A stretch of DNA of 63,998 bases, counting the filler, from Theionarchaea archaeon (lineage in GTDB: Archaea > Methanobacteriota_B > Thermococci > Methanofastidiosales > SZ-28-30), in assembly GCA_018992565.1 (NCBI GenBank). It is 7 parts of 7 records of this genome, joined end to end, with 100 filler letters (N's around TTAATTAATTAA, not from the genome) between each part and the next. Parts side by side here need not be neighbours in the genome. Positions count along the whole stretch, not along the records: positions 30,022 to 39,507 come from JACVGW010000093.1; positions 39,608 to 48,696 come from JACVGW010000094.1; 5 more parts are not named here. One strand, given 5' to 3'. The notes beneath the pieces are model-generated. The model saw nothing but the letters and a program-made list of their open reading frames with translations. It had not been told where the DNA came from and searched no databases. A program made the position numbers and the translations under genes. Of the stretch, positions 31,066 to 41,558 are shown piece after piece; the stretch's first letter is position 1, and every line of letters begins with the position of its first letter.

Positions 31066-31365
31066 GCAAACACCTCGAATCTCCATTTGACCTTTACATA
31101 TAAACCTTTCTATTAACATGGTAGCTTTTGATACTTCCGGAAACCAATTCCCTGCCATTAACTCCGTCGTTCTAAGCTCTCCCCAATACCTTCCAACTCA
31201 TTTTCGTGATTTTCGCAACTTTTCATCTCGAAAGCTACTATCGCAACCGAAAGTTTTATAAAGGGGAAGCTTCTATTATAATAGTAAGTTGGACATACCA
31301 GACGAGCCAACTTATCGCATGCTCCAATCCTTTCCTCCCTTTCTTCCCTTTTTTTCGAAATCTCT

Positions 31366-31707
31366 TCAACGGGTATCCGTAAGGTTCTTTGCTCTATGCT
31401 TCTTTTCATGGACAAAGGGGATGCGCATGACATTTCCACAATCCAGGCAGGTGACTACCACTTTCCCATTCCTTGTTCTCACCCTGCAGTTATCCCCATG
31501 CACCAAGAAGTGATGGCATCTCCTGCAGAACCGCCGTTTCAAATGGCGAGGTATACGAACTCTGGTGCGCATTGAAATATTCCTGACAATCTCCATGTAC
31601 CTGTGGGCTCTGTCAGGGTGAGATGAGTAGGCTTCATCAGCCAATTCAAAGAGGTTCTCTATGCTCTCTCTGGCTAGAGACTGGATTCTTCGCTTTCTCC
31701 ATCTCAT
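31366..31707 (-). CDS. rnp4: RNase P protein subunit Rpp21
   Basis: KRRFCRRC, CRVR, TCLDCG. Confidence 0.93.
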   Translation of the reverse strand: MRWRKRRIQSLARESIENLFELADEAYSSHPDRAHRYMEIVRNISMRTRVRIPRHLKRRFCRRCHHFLVHGDNCRVRTRNGKVVVTCLDCGNVMRIPFVHEKKHRAKNLTDTR

Positions 31708-32318
31708 AGAAGTTCATACCTCACTAAAATCTCATTGACCACTGTCCATGCAGGCAGGTGATATTCTGTTATCGCGACCTTTGGATGGGAGAGCTCAGTC
31801 AAAAACCCACCGTGAGGGAATCCTCCCACCACACAAACAGCATCTTTCTGGATCTTGAAGGGGCTGCCACCCCTTTCTAGGACCACTTTCTCACCGGGCA
31901 ACTCCTCCAGAATCTCTGCCAGGGACTTCTCTTCAACCTTCAAGAAATTCTGGATGGAGCCCTTCTCCAGCAATTGTTCAAATAGTCCACAAAATCGATT
32001 GTAACTCCTGGGAATTCTCGTTTCGGGATTCACCCAAATACAATAATCATTATACGTATGTATATACAGGGTCAGATCTCCTTTTCTGGCCACCACAGAC
32101 TCCAGAGCACACAACAAGATGACATGCACGATATCAGGCCGTCCTCTCCTTTCTGCATCATCCAGAGTCTTCATAGCAGCATGATGGAAATTCGAATCCA
32201 GTAACATGGCTCCGGGAGGTTTCCCTCTCTTTCTTGCTGATCTGAGTACGACAGGATGATTGGCTATGGACAAAGGAACCAATTCCAGGGCAGCTTCTCC
32301 TACAACTAAGGTCAGCAT
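31704..32318 (-). CDS. nep1: 16S rRNA pseudouridine methyltransferase Nep1
   Basis: LLDSNFHH, RGRPDIVH, RIPRSYNRFCGLFEQL, GGFPHG. Confidence 0.93.
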   Translation of the reverse strand: MLTLVVGEAALELVPLSIANHPVVLRSARKRGKPPGAMLLDSNFHHAAMKTLDDAERRGRPDIVHVILLCALESVVARKGDLTLYIHTYNDYCIWVNPETRIPRSYNRFCGLFEQLLEKGSIQNFLKVEEKSLAEILEELPGEKVVLERGGSPFKIQKDAVCVVGGFPHGGFLTELSHPKVAITEYHLPAWTVVNEILVRYELL

Positions 32319-32392
32319 GTAATGTGCTGGTTTCTGGCAAATATAAAAGTTGCCTCGTATGGTGGCTCCAATCCCTTCTTTCCTGCTGCCAC

Positions 32393-33220
32393 TCATAGCA
32401 TGGTTTCCTTTTTCAGCTCATCAATAATCTCATTCGTCGTTTCAAGAGAGAACCCATCCACCGCAAGTATATGTCTACCACTGCCACTGTCGATAGCACC
32501 AGCTCTCACAAGTCTTGATAGAATGTCATCTTCGCTTTTCAGGAGCAGTCTGTCTTCCTTGATGGAAAGATATGCCAGCAACCCGTAGACTCCCCAGTTC
32601 GAAACTGAACTCACAACCAGATGAGTAGTCTCCACCACAGAGCCAATAATATCTCCCTTGACAACTGCTTCTTTCACACTGTCATAGACGTTCCCCATGC
32701 CAATTTCGTTTCCCCCATCACCGACTCCCACACTCCAGGGAACGTCGAAAAGGACATCAATTCGTGCTGTATGTGACGATATATCCAGTGCCCTCATGTT
32801 GTAGTACCTGCCATCTCTGGCTCTTCCACACCGCTCAATAGACACCATTACAGAGGGATCTACCCTGGACAGAAGCTCTTCTCCATACTCTCGGCTCTCT
32901 TTCTCCCCAGTGACAGGAAACTCATAGACCTCAAGTGGTACTCTTGCCTTTTTCAGCACCTCATAGCAGTACCTGTCTGTCACAACCCCCACAGTACTCC
33001 CCAGGTCAGTGAGCGCTTCACCCAGCAGTACAGCCCCAGGTGGCCCATCCGTCTCACAATACCCAGAAACATAAAACCCAGTGGTTATCAAGACCGTATC
33101 CATGCGGGTTCTCAGGAAGTCTGCAGCCTCTCTGCAGAAATCCATTGGTAAGGCGTTCCTCACTTCTTTCATTCCTCTTGTATCATATTTCAGTATACAC
33201 TCCTCAATCATGGGGTTCAC
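32393..33220 (-). CDS. D-glutamate cyclase family (DUF4392) protein
   Basis: ETDGPPGA, SIERCG, GDGGNEIGMG, VSNWG. Confidence 0.85.
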   Translation of the reverse strand: MNPMIEECILKYDTRGMKEVRNALPMDFCREAADFLRTRMDTVLITTGFYVSGYCETDGPPGAVLLGEALTDLGSTVGVVTDRYCYEVLKKARVPLEVYEFPVTGEKESREYGEELLSRVDPSVMVSIERCGRARDGRYYNMRALDISSHTARIDVLFDVPWSVGVGDGGNEIGMGNVYDSVKEAVVKGDIIGSVVETTHLVVSSVSNWGVYGLLAYLSIKEDRLLLKSEDDILSRLVRAGAIDSGSGRHILAVDGFSLETTNEIIDELKKETML

Positions 33221-33290
33221 AACAATTCACTCTATATAATCTTGTTGAAAGAGAAGTCAAGATTTAAAACTTCTTCTCCCTACTGTGGCT

Positions 33291-34568
33291 ATGAACCTTG
33301 AGAGAATTTACCACTACATAGACACCCACAAGGAACAGCATTTTCAAAACCTCAAGACCCTGCTGGANNNNNNNNNNNNNNNNNNNNNNNNNNNNNNNNN
33401 NNNNNNNNNNNNNNNNNNNNNNNNNNNNNNNNNNNNNNNNNNNNNNNNNNNNNNNNNNNNNNNNNNNCCTGTGACTGCATTGTTCAACAGAGGAGCCATC
33501 AATACCAAAGGACCCACCATGACCTTCTTAAATGCCATAGAATCCATCCAGAACGTTGAAGGCGACCTTCCCTTTAACCTGTTATTGGTGGCAGAAGGAG
33601 AAGAGGAACTGGGAAGCCCCCACCTCCCTGATTTTGTCAAAGCCAGAAAAGACCAGTTAAAGGCAGATGCATGCATATTTCCCTTTTTTCTGCAGGATAC
33701 CAAGGGGAAGGTAACACTGTATCTGGGTGTGAAGGGTATTATCTACTTCGAGCTGGAGTGCTCAGGCGCATCATGGGGAAGAGGCCCCACTGAGTTTGGC
33801 ATTCATGGATCTAACAAGGCCTGGGTGGACTCTCCGGCATGGAGGTTGATAGATGCGTTATCCACTCTGACAGATAACAATGGCAATACTGTCTTGGTTG
33901 ACCACTTCTATGATGATGTGGCTCCACCCTCACCTGAGGACCAGTCACTGATCAAGAACCTTGTAAAGACCTTTGACCCTGAACCCTTCAAAGAGACAAT
34001 GAAAGTTGAGAAGTTCGTAGAAGATGAGAAAGATCCCGAAACTCTCATCAAGAAGTTGTTGTATACGTCAACGCTGAATATTGATGGAATATGGGGAGGG
34101 TACACGGGAGAAGGTTCCAAGACTCTCCTTCCTCACAAAGCAACAGCCAAGATTGATATTCGGCTGGTACCAACCCAAGAACGGGATAAAATGGTTCCTC
34201 TGGTAAGAAATCATCTGGATAAGAAGGGTTACAGCGATATACAGCTGCGCCTCCTGGACGTGGGCTACAACTGGTCGAAAGTTCCCGTCACAGAGAACGT
34301 GGTCCAGGCTATGATTACAGCATGTCGCCAGTTCGGCTATGAGCCCGAAGTGTGGCCATATCTAGCAGGAAGTGCTCCCTTCTACCTGTTCAGTGAAGTG
34401 TTACACATGCCGTACGTCATGGGTGCACTGGGACATGGAGCCAGGTCACACAGTCCCGATGAGTACATTGTTTATGAAGGAAATGACACGGTCCAAGGGT
34501 TGGATGGTGCCCAGAAATCGTTAGTAGCTTTCATGGAGGAGTGGCTAAAACAAGATGTTCCTGAATGA
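33291..34568 (+). CDS. M20/M25/M40 family metallopeptidase (spans a scaffold gap)
   Basis: RGAINTKG, EGEEELGS, LGVKG, HSPDE. Confidence 0.88.
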   Translation: MNLERIYHYIDTHKEQHFQNLKTLLXXXXXXXXXXXXXXXXXXXXXXXXXXXXXXXXXXPVTALFNRGAINTKGPTMTFLNAIESIQNVEGDLPFNLLLVAEGEEELGSPHLPDFVKARKDQLKADACIFPFFLQDTKGKVTLYLGVKGIIYFELECSGASWGRGPTEFGIHGSNKAWVDSPAWRLIDALSTLTDNNGNTVLVDHFYDDVAPPSPEDQSLIKNLVKTFDPEPFKETMKVEKFVEDEKDPETLIKKLLYTSTLNIDGIWGGYTGEGSKTLLPHKATAKIDIRLVPTQERDKMVPLVRNHLDKKGYSDIQLRLLDVGYNWSKVPVTENVVQAMITACRQFGYEPEVWPYLAGSAPFYLFSEVLHMPYVMGALGHGARSHSPDEYIVYEGNDTVQGLDGAQKSLVAFMEEWLKQDVPE

Positions 34569-34723
34569 TACATGATCTTTCCGTCCTGTGGATACAACAA
34601 CGTGGTGAGCTCCTGCAGTCCAGGAGTACCTCTCCAGCCTTATAACGAACCAACTTCTCGCAACGCGGTCACGTCTCAGGCAGTATCACTGCTGGATAGA
34701 GATTCCAAAAAGTCTGTACATCA

Positions 34724-36121
34724 CTATTTGATGTCCTGAAGAGCCCTCTTAATCTTCGAGAGAAATTCCTCATCGACAAAAGAGGCCAGCATGAGTTCAT
34801 TCTTCTCCTTCACTGCCGCATACAAAGCAATGGCCAATTCAGTTGAGTATCTGCTGATTTCACACCGTTCGTCATCCAGATCTCGCAGCCACTGCAGGGG
34901 ACACCCCCCAATGCACAGGTTCCGCGCCCAGCATGGCTCACACTCTTTTCTATTCTGGAATGATGAAAATGTCACCCAGGCCTCCACCTTTTCCGGGTCC
35001 AGCCCTCCGTGAATTGTCCCCAGTTGGAACTCTCCCAGATCTGCTGCGGGTCCGCAGGGATAGATTTCCCCCCCTGGGGATATACCGAATCGTCTCAGCC
35101 CTGCAGGGCAGAAATAGCTTTTCTTGGAGTGTTTCCACAGCTGCAGTATTTTGTTCTCAAAATTGTAGTAGGGAGGACGTATTCCCTTCATGAGCAGATC
35201 GAAACACTGAAGTGCAATATCGTGCATGTCCTCCATGTACTGGTGTTTCTGGGCTACAGATAAAGCATAGTCCTTCTTCCTGGTTTCATCCAGGTAACGC
35301 ACATAGGATAGCTTAATGTCTCGCAAAGGAAACTGGTTAAAATATGCATATACATCTTTCAATCTTCCCATGTTGGTGACAACTCCACTGACACTGATCT
35401 TGTGTTTCCCTCTGGCACTAATTAGCTTCTGCAACGCGAGAGAAACCTTTTCATGCGTCCCCCTGCCTTCAGGAGTCACCCGCATAGCATCGTGGATATC
35501 AGCAGGACCGTCAATGCTCACCATGACATCGATCTCATGTTCACAAAAAAAGTCAATCATGTCATCTGTGAGCAGGGTACCATTGGTGGTGACATGATAC
35601 GTTACCTCAGGGAACCCTCTTTCCTTTCCCACCTGGGAGGCGTACTCGATGGTGGACTTAATCACGGGGAAGTTCAACAGGGGTTCTCCTCCATAAAAGG
35701 AAATGCCAAATCCATCAATATCCTCGACCTCAGTAATGAAGTCAACTGCTTTCCTGGCTGTCTCTTCATCCATGGTGGGCTGAGAACCAGGGTTCTCTAC
35801 ATAGCAGTACTTGCAGCGTAAGTTGCACCGCTGTGTTACATTTAATGCCAGTGTGTACACTCTGGGAAGATCTTGGTAGGGAATGTATGGGCTGTCCAGC
35901 AGACCTTCTTTGTTCATATGCTCTACAGCATTCTCGATTTCCTCGTTATCGTACTCAGGATTGAGCGCAAGAATACACTCTGTCAGGGATTCTCCTCTCT
36001 GCAGGCAGTCCAGCAGCTGTGATTCCACCTTATTGACGAAGAACGCTGTGGCTCCATCAATGTCATAGACAGCTTCCCTACCAAATTCACAAAACCTGTA
36101 AAACCTGTCGCAGGATGTCAT
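34724..36121 (-). CDS. Radical SAM/SPASM peptide maturase with N-terminal PqqD-like RRE (CteB/anSME-like)
   Basis: CNLRCKYCY, FYGGEPLLN, TTNGTLL, SIDG, CPAG..YPC..CEPC..CIGGC..C; roughly 80-aa N-terminal extension. Confidence 0.92.
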   Translation of the reverse strand: MTSCDRFYRFCEFGREAVYDIDGATAFFVNKVESQLLDCLQRGESLTECILALNPEYDNEEIENAVEHMNKEGLLDSPYIPYQDLPRVYTLALNVTQRCNLRCKYCYVENPGSQPTMDEETARKAVDFITEVEDIDGFGISFYGGEPLLNFPVIKSTIEYASQVGKERGFPEVTYHVTTNGTLLTDDMIDFFCEHEIDVMVSIDGPADIHDAMRVTPEGRGTHEKVSLALQKLISARGKHKISVSGVVTNMGRLKDVYAYFNQFPLRDIKLSYVRYLDETRKKDYALSVAQKHQYMEDMHDIALQCFDLLMKGIRPPYYNFENKILQLWKHSKKSYFCPAGLRRFGISPGGEIYPCGPAADLGEFQLGTIHGGLDPEKVEAWVTFSSFQNRKECEPCWARNLCIGGCPLQWLRDLDDERCEISRYSTELAIALYAAVKEKNELMLASFVDEEFLSKIKRALQDIK

Positions 36122-36133
36122 AGTAGTTCCTGG

Positions 36134-36352
36134 TTAGTATGCAGCACAGAAAATAGGTACAATGGGCAACTTGCTCATGTTAACGTTGAGCTTCTCTCTG
36201 AATTCTGTGAACTCGTTCATATCCATGGTCTTCAGCACAGCGATTTCTTCCGCAGAAAGTCCCATTTCTCCTCCAACCCCTTCTGGGTTTGAAAAGAGCT
36301 CTTCCTGGAAAGCTGCATCCACCATGGCACGACCTAAAGCTTGCTCTATCAT
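36134..36352 (-). CDS. Putative RiPP precursor, 72 aa, NHLP-clan-like leader, C-terminus LPIVPIFCAAY
   Basis: GGAGGTGA RBS at 36357-36364 before ATG 36352; leader IEQALGRAMVDAAFQEELFSNP...GLSAEE; 12 nt upstream of the maturase. Confidence 0.88.
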   Translation of the reverse strand: MIEQALGRAMVDAAFQEELFSNPEGVGGEMGLSAEEIAVLKTMDMNEFTEFREKLNVNMSKLPIVPIFCAAY

Positions 36353-36539
36353 GGGTTCACCTCCATTTGCTTCACTCTTTCCTCCCTTAAATAGTTTTCT
36401 GCGAGGGAAGCGGAGAGATTTATGGAAGTTCACCAATGTGGAGTGGGTGCCGGTGGAGTGAGAAAGGGTTTCTCTGTCACAGAGAGAATACAACCAATCA
36501 CACGAAATATATATAAGCGGAAACAGCACAGCGGGAAAG

Positions 36540-37868
36540 ATGTCCATGGAATCTGTAACGTTGGTGAATCTGGTACCTCCCCTGAAGAGTGACAAGACAG
36601 TACCTGGAGGGCCTCTGTATATTGCTGCTGTACTGGAGGAAAGTGGGTGTCACGTGGATTTTCGCGACTATCAGATGTCAACCTATGAGAATCCATTGGA
36701 CTACCACAATATAGTGAAATTTCTTGCAGATTCAGAAGATGTAATAGCTCTTGGCTGCTTTTTTAATGTACTTCCCTTCTTACTGCCCGCTCTCCAGAAG
36801 GTAAAGGATGAGACCCCGGAGAAAACCATTATTCTGGGAGGACCAGGACCCAGTTCTGTGGCTGAAAGGTTGATGGAGGCATTTCCATGGATAGATATAG
36901 TGGTAAAGGGAGAGGGAGAGACTACTATAACTGAATTGGCTCAGGGTGCACCATACAAAGATGTCAAAGGAATTGTTGTCAGATCTGGTGAGAGTGTAGT
37001 GGCTACCCCCCCACGAGAGCGCATTCATGCCCTGGATGAAGTACCTTTCCCTGCCTATGACAAGATTGATCTCACACAATATGACCAGGCAGGGGTTATC
37101 ACTGCCAGGGGGTGTCCCTACAGGTGTACTTTCTGTGAAGTGGCATCACTGTGGGGATATCACACAGAACAGCGCAGTGTCTCCAATGTCATGGAGGAAA
37201 TAGCCCTTCTGCATGATTGCGGTGTGACTGATTTCCATATCAATGATGATACTTTTGTGTTGAATCGAAAGTGGGTTACGCAGTTCTGTCACCAGCTGCA
37301 AAATGACATAGATATCACGTGGCGGTGCCTAGGAAGAATCAACCTCATGGATGGCAATCTTCTCTCCGTTATGGCTCAATCGGGGTGCAATGGCATCCAG
37401 TACGGGATTGAATCAGGATCGGAACAGATACTACAGAGGATAGGAAAGCAGATCTCTATTCCCCAAATTAAGGAAGTTGTCTCAATATCGGTACAATACA
37501 TGGAACATGTTATTTCCACCTTTATGTGGGGATTCCCCTTTGAAACAATGGGAGATTTCTATGAGACAGTGTATATGATGGGTATCCTGAATGAACTGGG
37601 CTCTCTGGTGAAGCTACTTTTCTTGTCGCCAGCTCCCTTATCTCCTCTTTACAGAGAGTACAAGACCCAGTTACGATTTGATGAACGATTTGTTCCCAAT
37701 GTGCTGTGGGGAATTTACGAGGATAAATTCTCTCAGGAAAAGAAGAAAGAGGTATTTGATTTGATTCTCAGGTATCCCGAGGTGTTTTCTGCATTTTACT
37801 ATATTGACACACCAGAAGTGTGGAAAAAGTATGAGATACTGGGGCAAACTGGTATGCTCAGAAGGTAA
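36540..37868 (+). CDS. B12-binding (class B) radical SAM protein, probable methyltransferase
   Basis: ILGGPGP, VVKGEGE, TARGCPYRCTFC, INDDTF, GIESGS, FMWGFPFET. Confidence 0.92.
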   Translation: MSMESVTLVNLVPPLKSDKTVPGGPLYIAAVLEESGCHVDFRDYQMSTYENPLDYHNIVKFLADSEDVIALGCFFNVLPFLLPALQKVKDETPEKTIILGGPGPSSVAERLMEAFPWIDIVVKGEGETTITELAQGAPYKDVKGIVVRSGESVVATPPRERIHALDEVPFPAYDKIDLTQYDQAGVITARGCPYRCTFCEVASLWGYHTEQRSVSNVMEEIALLHDCGVTDFHINDDTFVLNRKWVTQFCHQLQNDIDITWRCLGRINLMDGNLLSVMAQSGCNGIQYGIESGSEQILQRIGKQISIPQIKEVVSISVQYMEHVISTFMWGFPFETMGDFYETVYMMGILNELGSLVKLLFLSPAPLSPLYREYKTQLRFDERFVPNVLWGIYEDKFSQEKKKEVFDLILRYPEVFSAFYYIDTPEVWKKYEILGQTGMLRR

Positions 37869-38076
37869 TGGGGGCCCCTGGAAATCTCCACTGAATATTC
37901 CCAAGTGGGAATTACCCGTATCAGAATATTCGATGCATAGTCCGGGGAGCGAAAACAAGAGGGTTGTCCATTACCAGGGTAGTAACGGGCATTTCCGTTG
38001 AATGCATTGGCCGGTCTCAGCTCCTGGGGATCACCTCGATGATATCTTTATAAAAAGCAACAAGAAACAACAGACA

Positions 38077-39507
38077 ATGAATTCCAAGCGAACCCTGGCC
38101 CTCATCCTCATTGTGACTCTGACATTTCTCCTGTGTTGTATACCTCTGAAAGCATATCATACTATGCTGTCATGGGAAGGGTTCTACCATGTCCGAATTG
38201 CGGGAAATATTGTTAACCACACGTATCTATATGACACGGGATCCTTTGGACCTGATGGCAGGGCCCAGGTGTACCCTCCGATATATCATGCGTTAGTAGC
38301 AATCTTATTGAAAGTGGTTCCTGAGTCATTGTTGACCGTATGGGCTCCCCCTTTCATATTGGTTCTTCTTCTCGCGATGTGGTACACTCTTATCTCCAGC
38401 TACTATACTCCTGCTCTTGCTTTGTTGTCTTCTCTCTTCCTTGTGGGGGTGCCTGCTTTCATTGATATTGGATTCTTGTTTTCCCCTCTGGGACTTGCTC
38501 TCATTTTGGTGGCTGCTGCTCTCTACTTCCTGAAGAAAAATTATCTCATCAGCGGGATTCTGGGTGGGCTGGTGGTCATGACTCAATTTACAGCAGCATT
38601 CTTCTTTTTTCTAGTAATTGGGGCACATATTCTCCTTGATGAAGAAAAGAGGACTTCCTTGCTGAAAATCGTGTCTCTTTCTCTGGTGGTCGCTTCTCCC
38701 TTTCTAGTCTACTTTGTCTATCATCTTCCGTCCATTAATCCAGTGCTGGGATTTCCAGAGTTGGAATACTCACTTGACAGAGTCACGATTGTTCTCCCTG
38801 CCCTGGCCATCCTCGGATTGAGAAGGGACACATTCGCTGTGTCGTTGAGTGCAGGTGGTATCCTTGCTATTGTGCAGCCCACCAATATAGTGTATGCTAC
38901 CTTTGCCCTGAGTGTGTTTGGCGCCTTTTTCATATATGATTTTCTGGTAGCCAAGAAGTGGACAGTGATAATCCTCATTTTTGTGTTCTGGTTATGTTTG
39001 ATTTCTTCCCAGGAATATGCATCGAAATTACAGCCTGCTGAATCCGAGTACCCCTCCTTTGTATGGCTGAAGGATAATTCTGCTGCAGGCACTGTGGCAT
39101 CAGGATGGTTTCAGGCGCCTGCAATAGCTGAGGTATCCGAACGTTCTCCTGTTCTGGGATTTGGATTTCCCGATGAATCCAGAATAGAAGACATGAGGTT
39201 ATTGTATCAAGGTGACAAGAGCATGCTGGACAGGTATGATGTTTCATATGTGTATTATGGGAAATTTGAAGCATACGATTATCCCGATATAGCCTTAGAT
39301 TTAGATAAGGTGTATTCAGGGAAGGGCGAATTCTACAAGAGAGAACCTCCCGTAATCTTCGTGCTCATTACCATTGATGTGGAGTGTGACGTTCCCCCTG
39401 TCCTCTCAACGTGCAAGGGAATGGAGGAGGGCCTCCCGTATATTGTTCAGGAATTGAAAAGATATGGAATTCCTGCCACTTTTTTTGTATTGGGTGAAAC
39501 AGCCCAG
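38077..39507 (+). CDS. GT-C-like polytopic membrane protein fused to a polysaccharide deacetylase domain (3' truncated)
   Basis: WEGFYHVRIA, YPPIYH, many TM segments, WLKDN; then LITIDVE...GIPATFFVLG (NodB-like start). Confidence 0.7.
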
Positions 39508-39607
39508 NNNNNNNNNNNNNNNNNNNNNNNNNNNNNNNNNNNNNNNNNNNNTTAATTAATTAANNNNNNNNNNNNNNNNNNNNNNNNNNNNNNNNNNNNN
39601 NNNNNNN

Positions 39608-41343
39608 TTTTCACAGCAGGTGAGGGCTTCTCCCACCTCACTGAGAGCAGCATGCACAGTGCCGAGCTGGACCTGTATCTTCCCCTGTTCCAGGAGGTCT
39701 GACCCTGCCAGGGAGAGTCCTTTCTCGAGGTAAGATCTGGCTTTCTGGTACTCTCTTTTCCTTTCATATACTTCTCCCAGTTTCCTGTAGAGAGAAGAAT
39801 GGCCAGGGGACGATTCACGTACGATACTGGTATAGCAGGCAATGGCTGTGTCATACTCGCCACTCAACATGTGGACCTCTCCTTCAACTTCTGTGAGCTG
39901 ATGTCTGTACTCGGGGGCTTTCAATTCTTCCAGGAGTTCCAGGAGAGATTCTGAATATCCTTCATTTATGAGCATGTCGTAGTAGTCCAGGATCACCTGG
40001 GCTGCCCTGTCATGCATGTCTCCTGCAACCAGATGGTACACAGCTTCCATGATACTGGCAGGAGTCTCTCGCTGCAAGCATACATCTGCTGCCTCGCAGT
40101 GAAGGCTTTCAGCGTCATAGAGAAGAGACTGGCAAAAAGATCGGGTGACAGCATGGTGAATGTACTTGCTGTCCACTCTTCGTATCAGGTTCTTCTTCAT
40201 TAATTGCCTGAGGACTGTTCTCACATGCGGAAAGGGACACAGTGGCTCTACCTCAGCTGCTGCTACAGGGTTCATAAAAATTGACAGAATCATCAGCATC
40301 CGTTGTTCTTCAGGGGACAGCTGGGCATAGATCTCGTCCCACAGGAACGTCTCAACATCAGATGAAGGAATCTCTTCCATCGCCAGCCTGGAGTCTTCAC
40401 CGGATGCTGCTTGACAGAGGAGTTCCACTGCAAGAGGATGACCTCCCGTCTTTTCCCATATTCTCTCTACAGACTCTGCCTGAACATGATATCCTTTCTT
40501 ATTCAACATTTCTCTGGTACTCGCTATATCCATCTCTCCCAGTCGTATCTCTGAGACATCATCGAATGCTGTCACAAACGGGGGCCTGTACCGGGAGACT
40601 ATACATATCTTTCCCCTGCATCCCTTCAATGAACCAAAAAGCTCATTCATGGGCTCAGTCATCACCAGGTGGTAATCATCAAAGAAAAAGGCCGTCCTCT
40701 CATCCCCCATTCCCTCCATGAGGAAAGCAGCGATCACCCGCATATCAGAGCCATCAGATTTCAAATAGTCTAGAAGCTCAGGATGGTTCAGAGAGGCCAT
40801 GAAGGTGGCCAGTTTTTTCACTACATAAGGTACTGAATCTAGTTCTGAAAAACTGTGCCAGAACACCTTTTTCCCGCGCTCCTTGAGCAGATGAGCATAG
40901 TATGATGCCAGGGTAGTCTTTCCTATGCCAGCAATTCCTGTGACAACGACAAATGAAAAGGTATCAAGCACTTCCAGTTGCTGGTGCCTATCAATGAAAG
41001 TGGTGGGTTCAGGGATATCAACACTAAAAATGCTCTCCAAAGAGTAGAAATTCCCTTTTTTTTCTGGATTGTACTGCACGTGTACTCCTTCTGCACGTAT
41101 CTGGATGCTGATGGCATCAACCTCCAGGAAATATACTTTAATATTCCTATCCTTGTAGATCCACTCTCCCCTGACAATCCCTACCCGTTCAAGCTGAGAG
41201 AGCTTCCTGGCTATCTCGGTTTCTCCCTTATGAAGAATTGTAGCTATTTTGCGGCAGTGGAGGGGCTGAGTCTTTAAGAGGAGGAGAATGGCCACTGTTG
41301 TCTTGTTGGCGAGAAGCTTCGTGACAGCAAGTTCCTTGCTCAT
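39608..41343 (-). CDS. wHTH-NTPase-TPR (STAND/MalT-like) regulator (3' truncated)
   Basis: N-terminal ArsR-like HTH, FIDR, GIAGIGKT, FFFDDYH, TGGHPLA, TPR-like helices. Confidence 0.85.
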
Positions 41344-41558
41344 TCTAGTACTATAGATATCCCGGTTTATAGCATTTTGCAGAGGAGGAGCCATTTTGCA
41401 GTAAATGAACGCACTCTGCCTGGATGCTCGATCTATCTCATGCCACTCCTGGACCAGAATTAGACAGTATTCATATCCCTTTGATAGCCACAGAAAGATC
41501 TGACGTCATACCTTCCGCGCAGATCCGATTCACTGGCTTTATGTAACCCTCAACTCAT

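Noticed and set aside
34572..34739. 55-aa ORF MIFPSCGYNN..., resembling a decayed zinc ribbon or second precursor
   Set aside because: Cys pairs are incomplete, there is no RBS, and it overlaps the maturase end on the opposite strand.
36353..36595. First 81 codons of the listed 153-aa ORF
   Set aside because: They span the divergent promoters and overlap the B12-rSAM gene; the RBS marks 36352 as the start.
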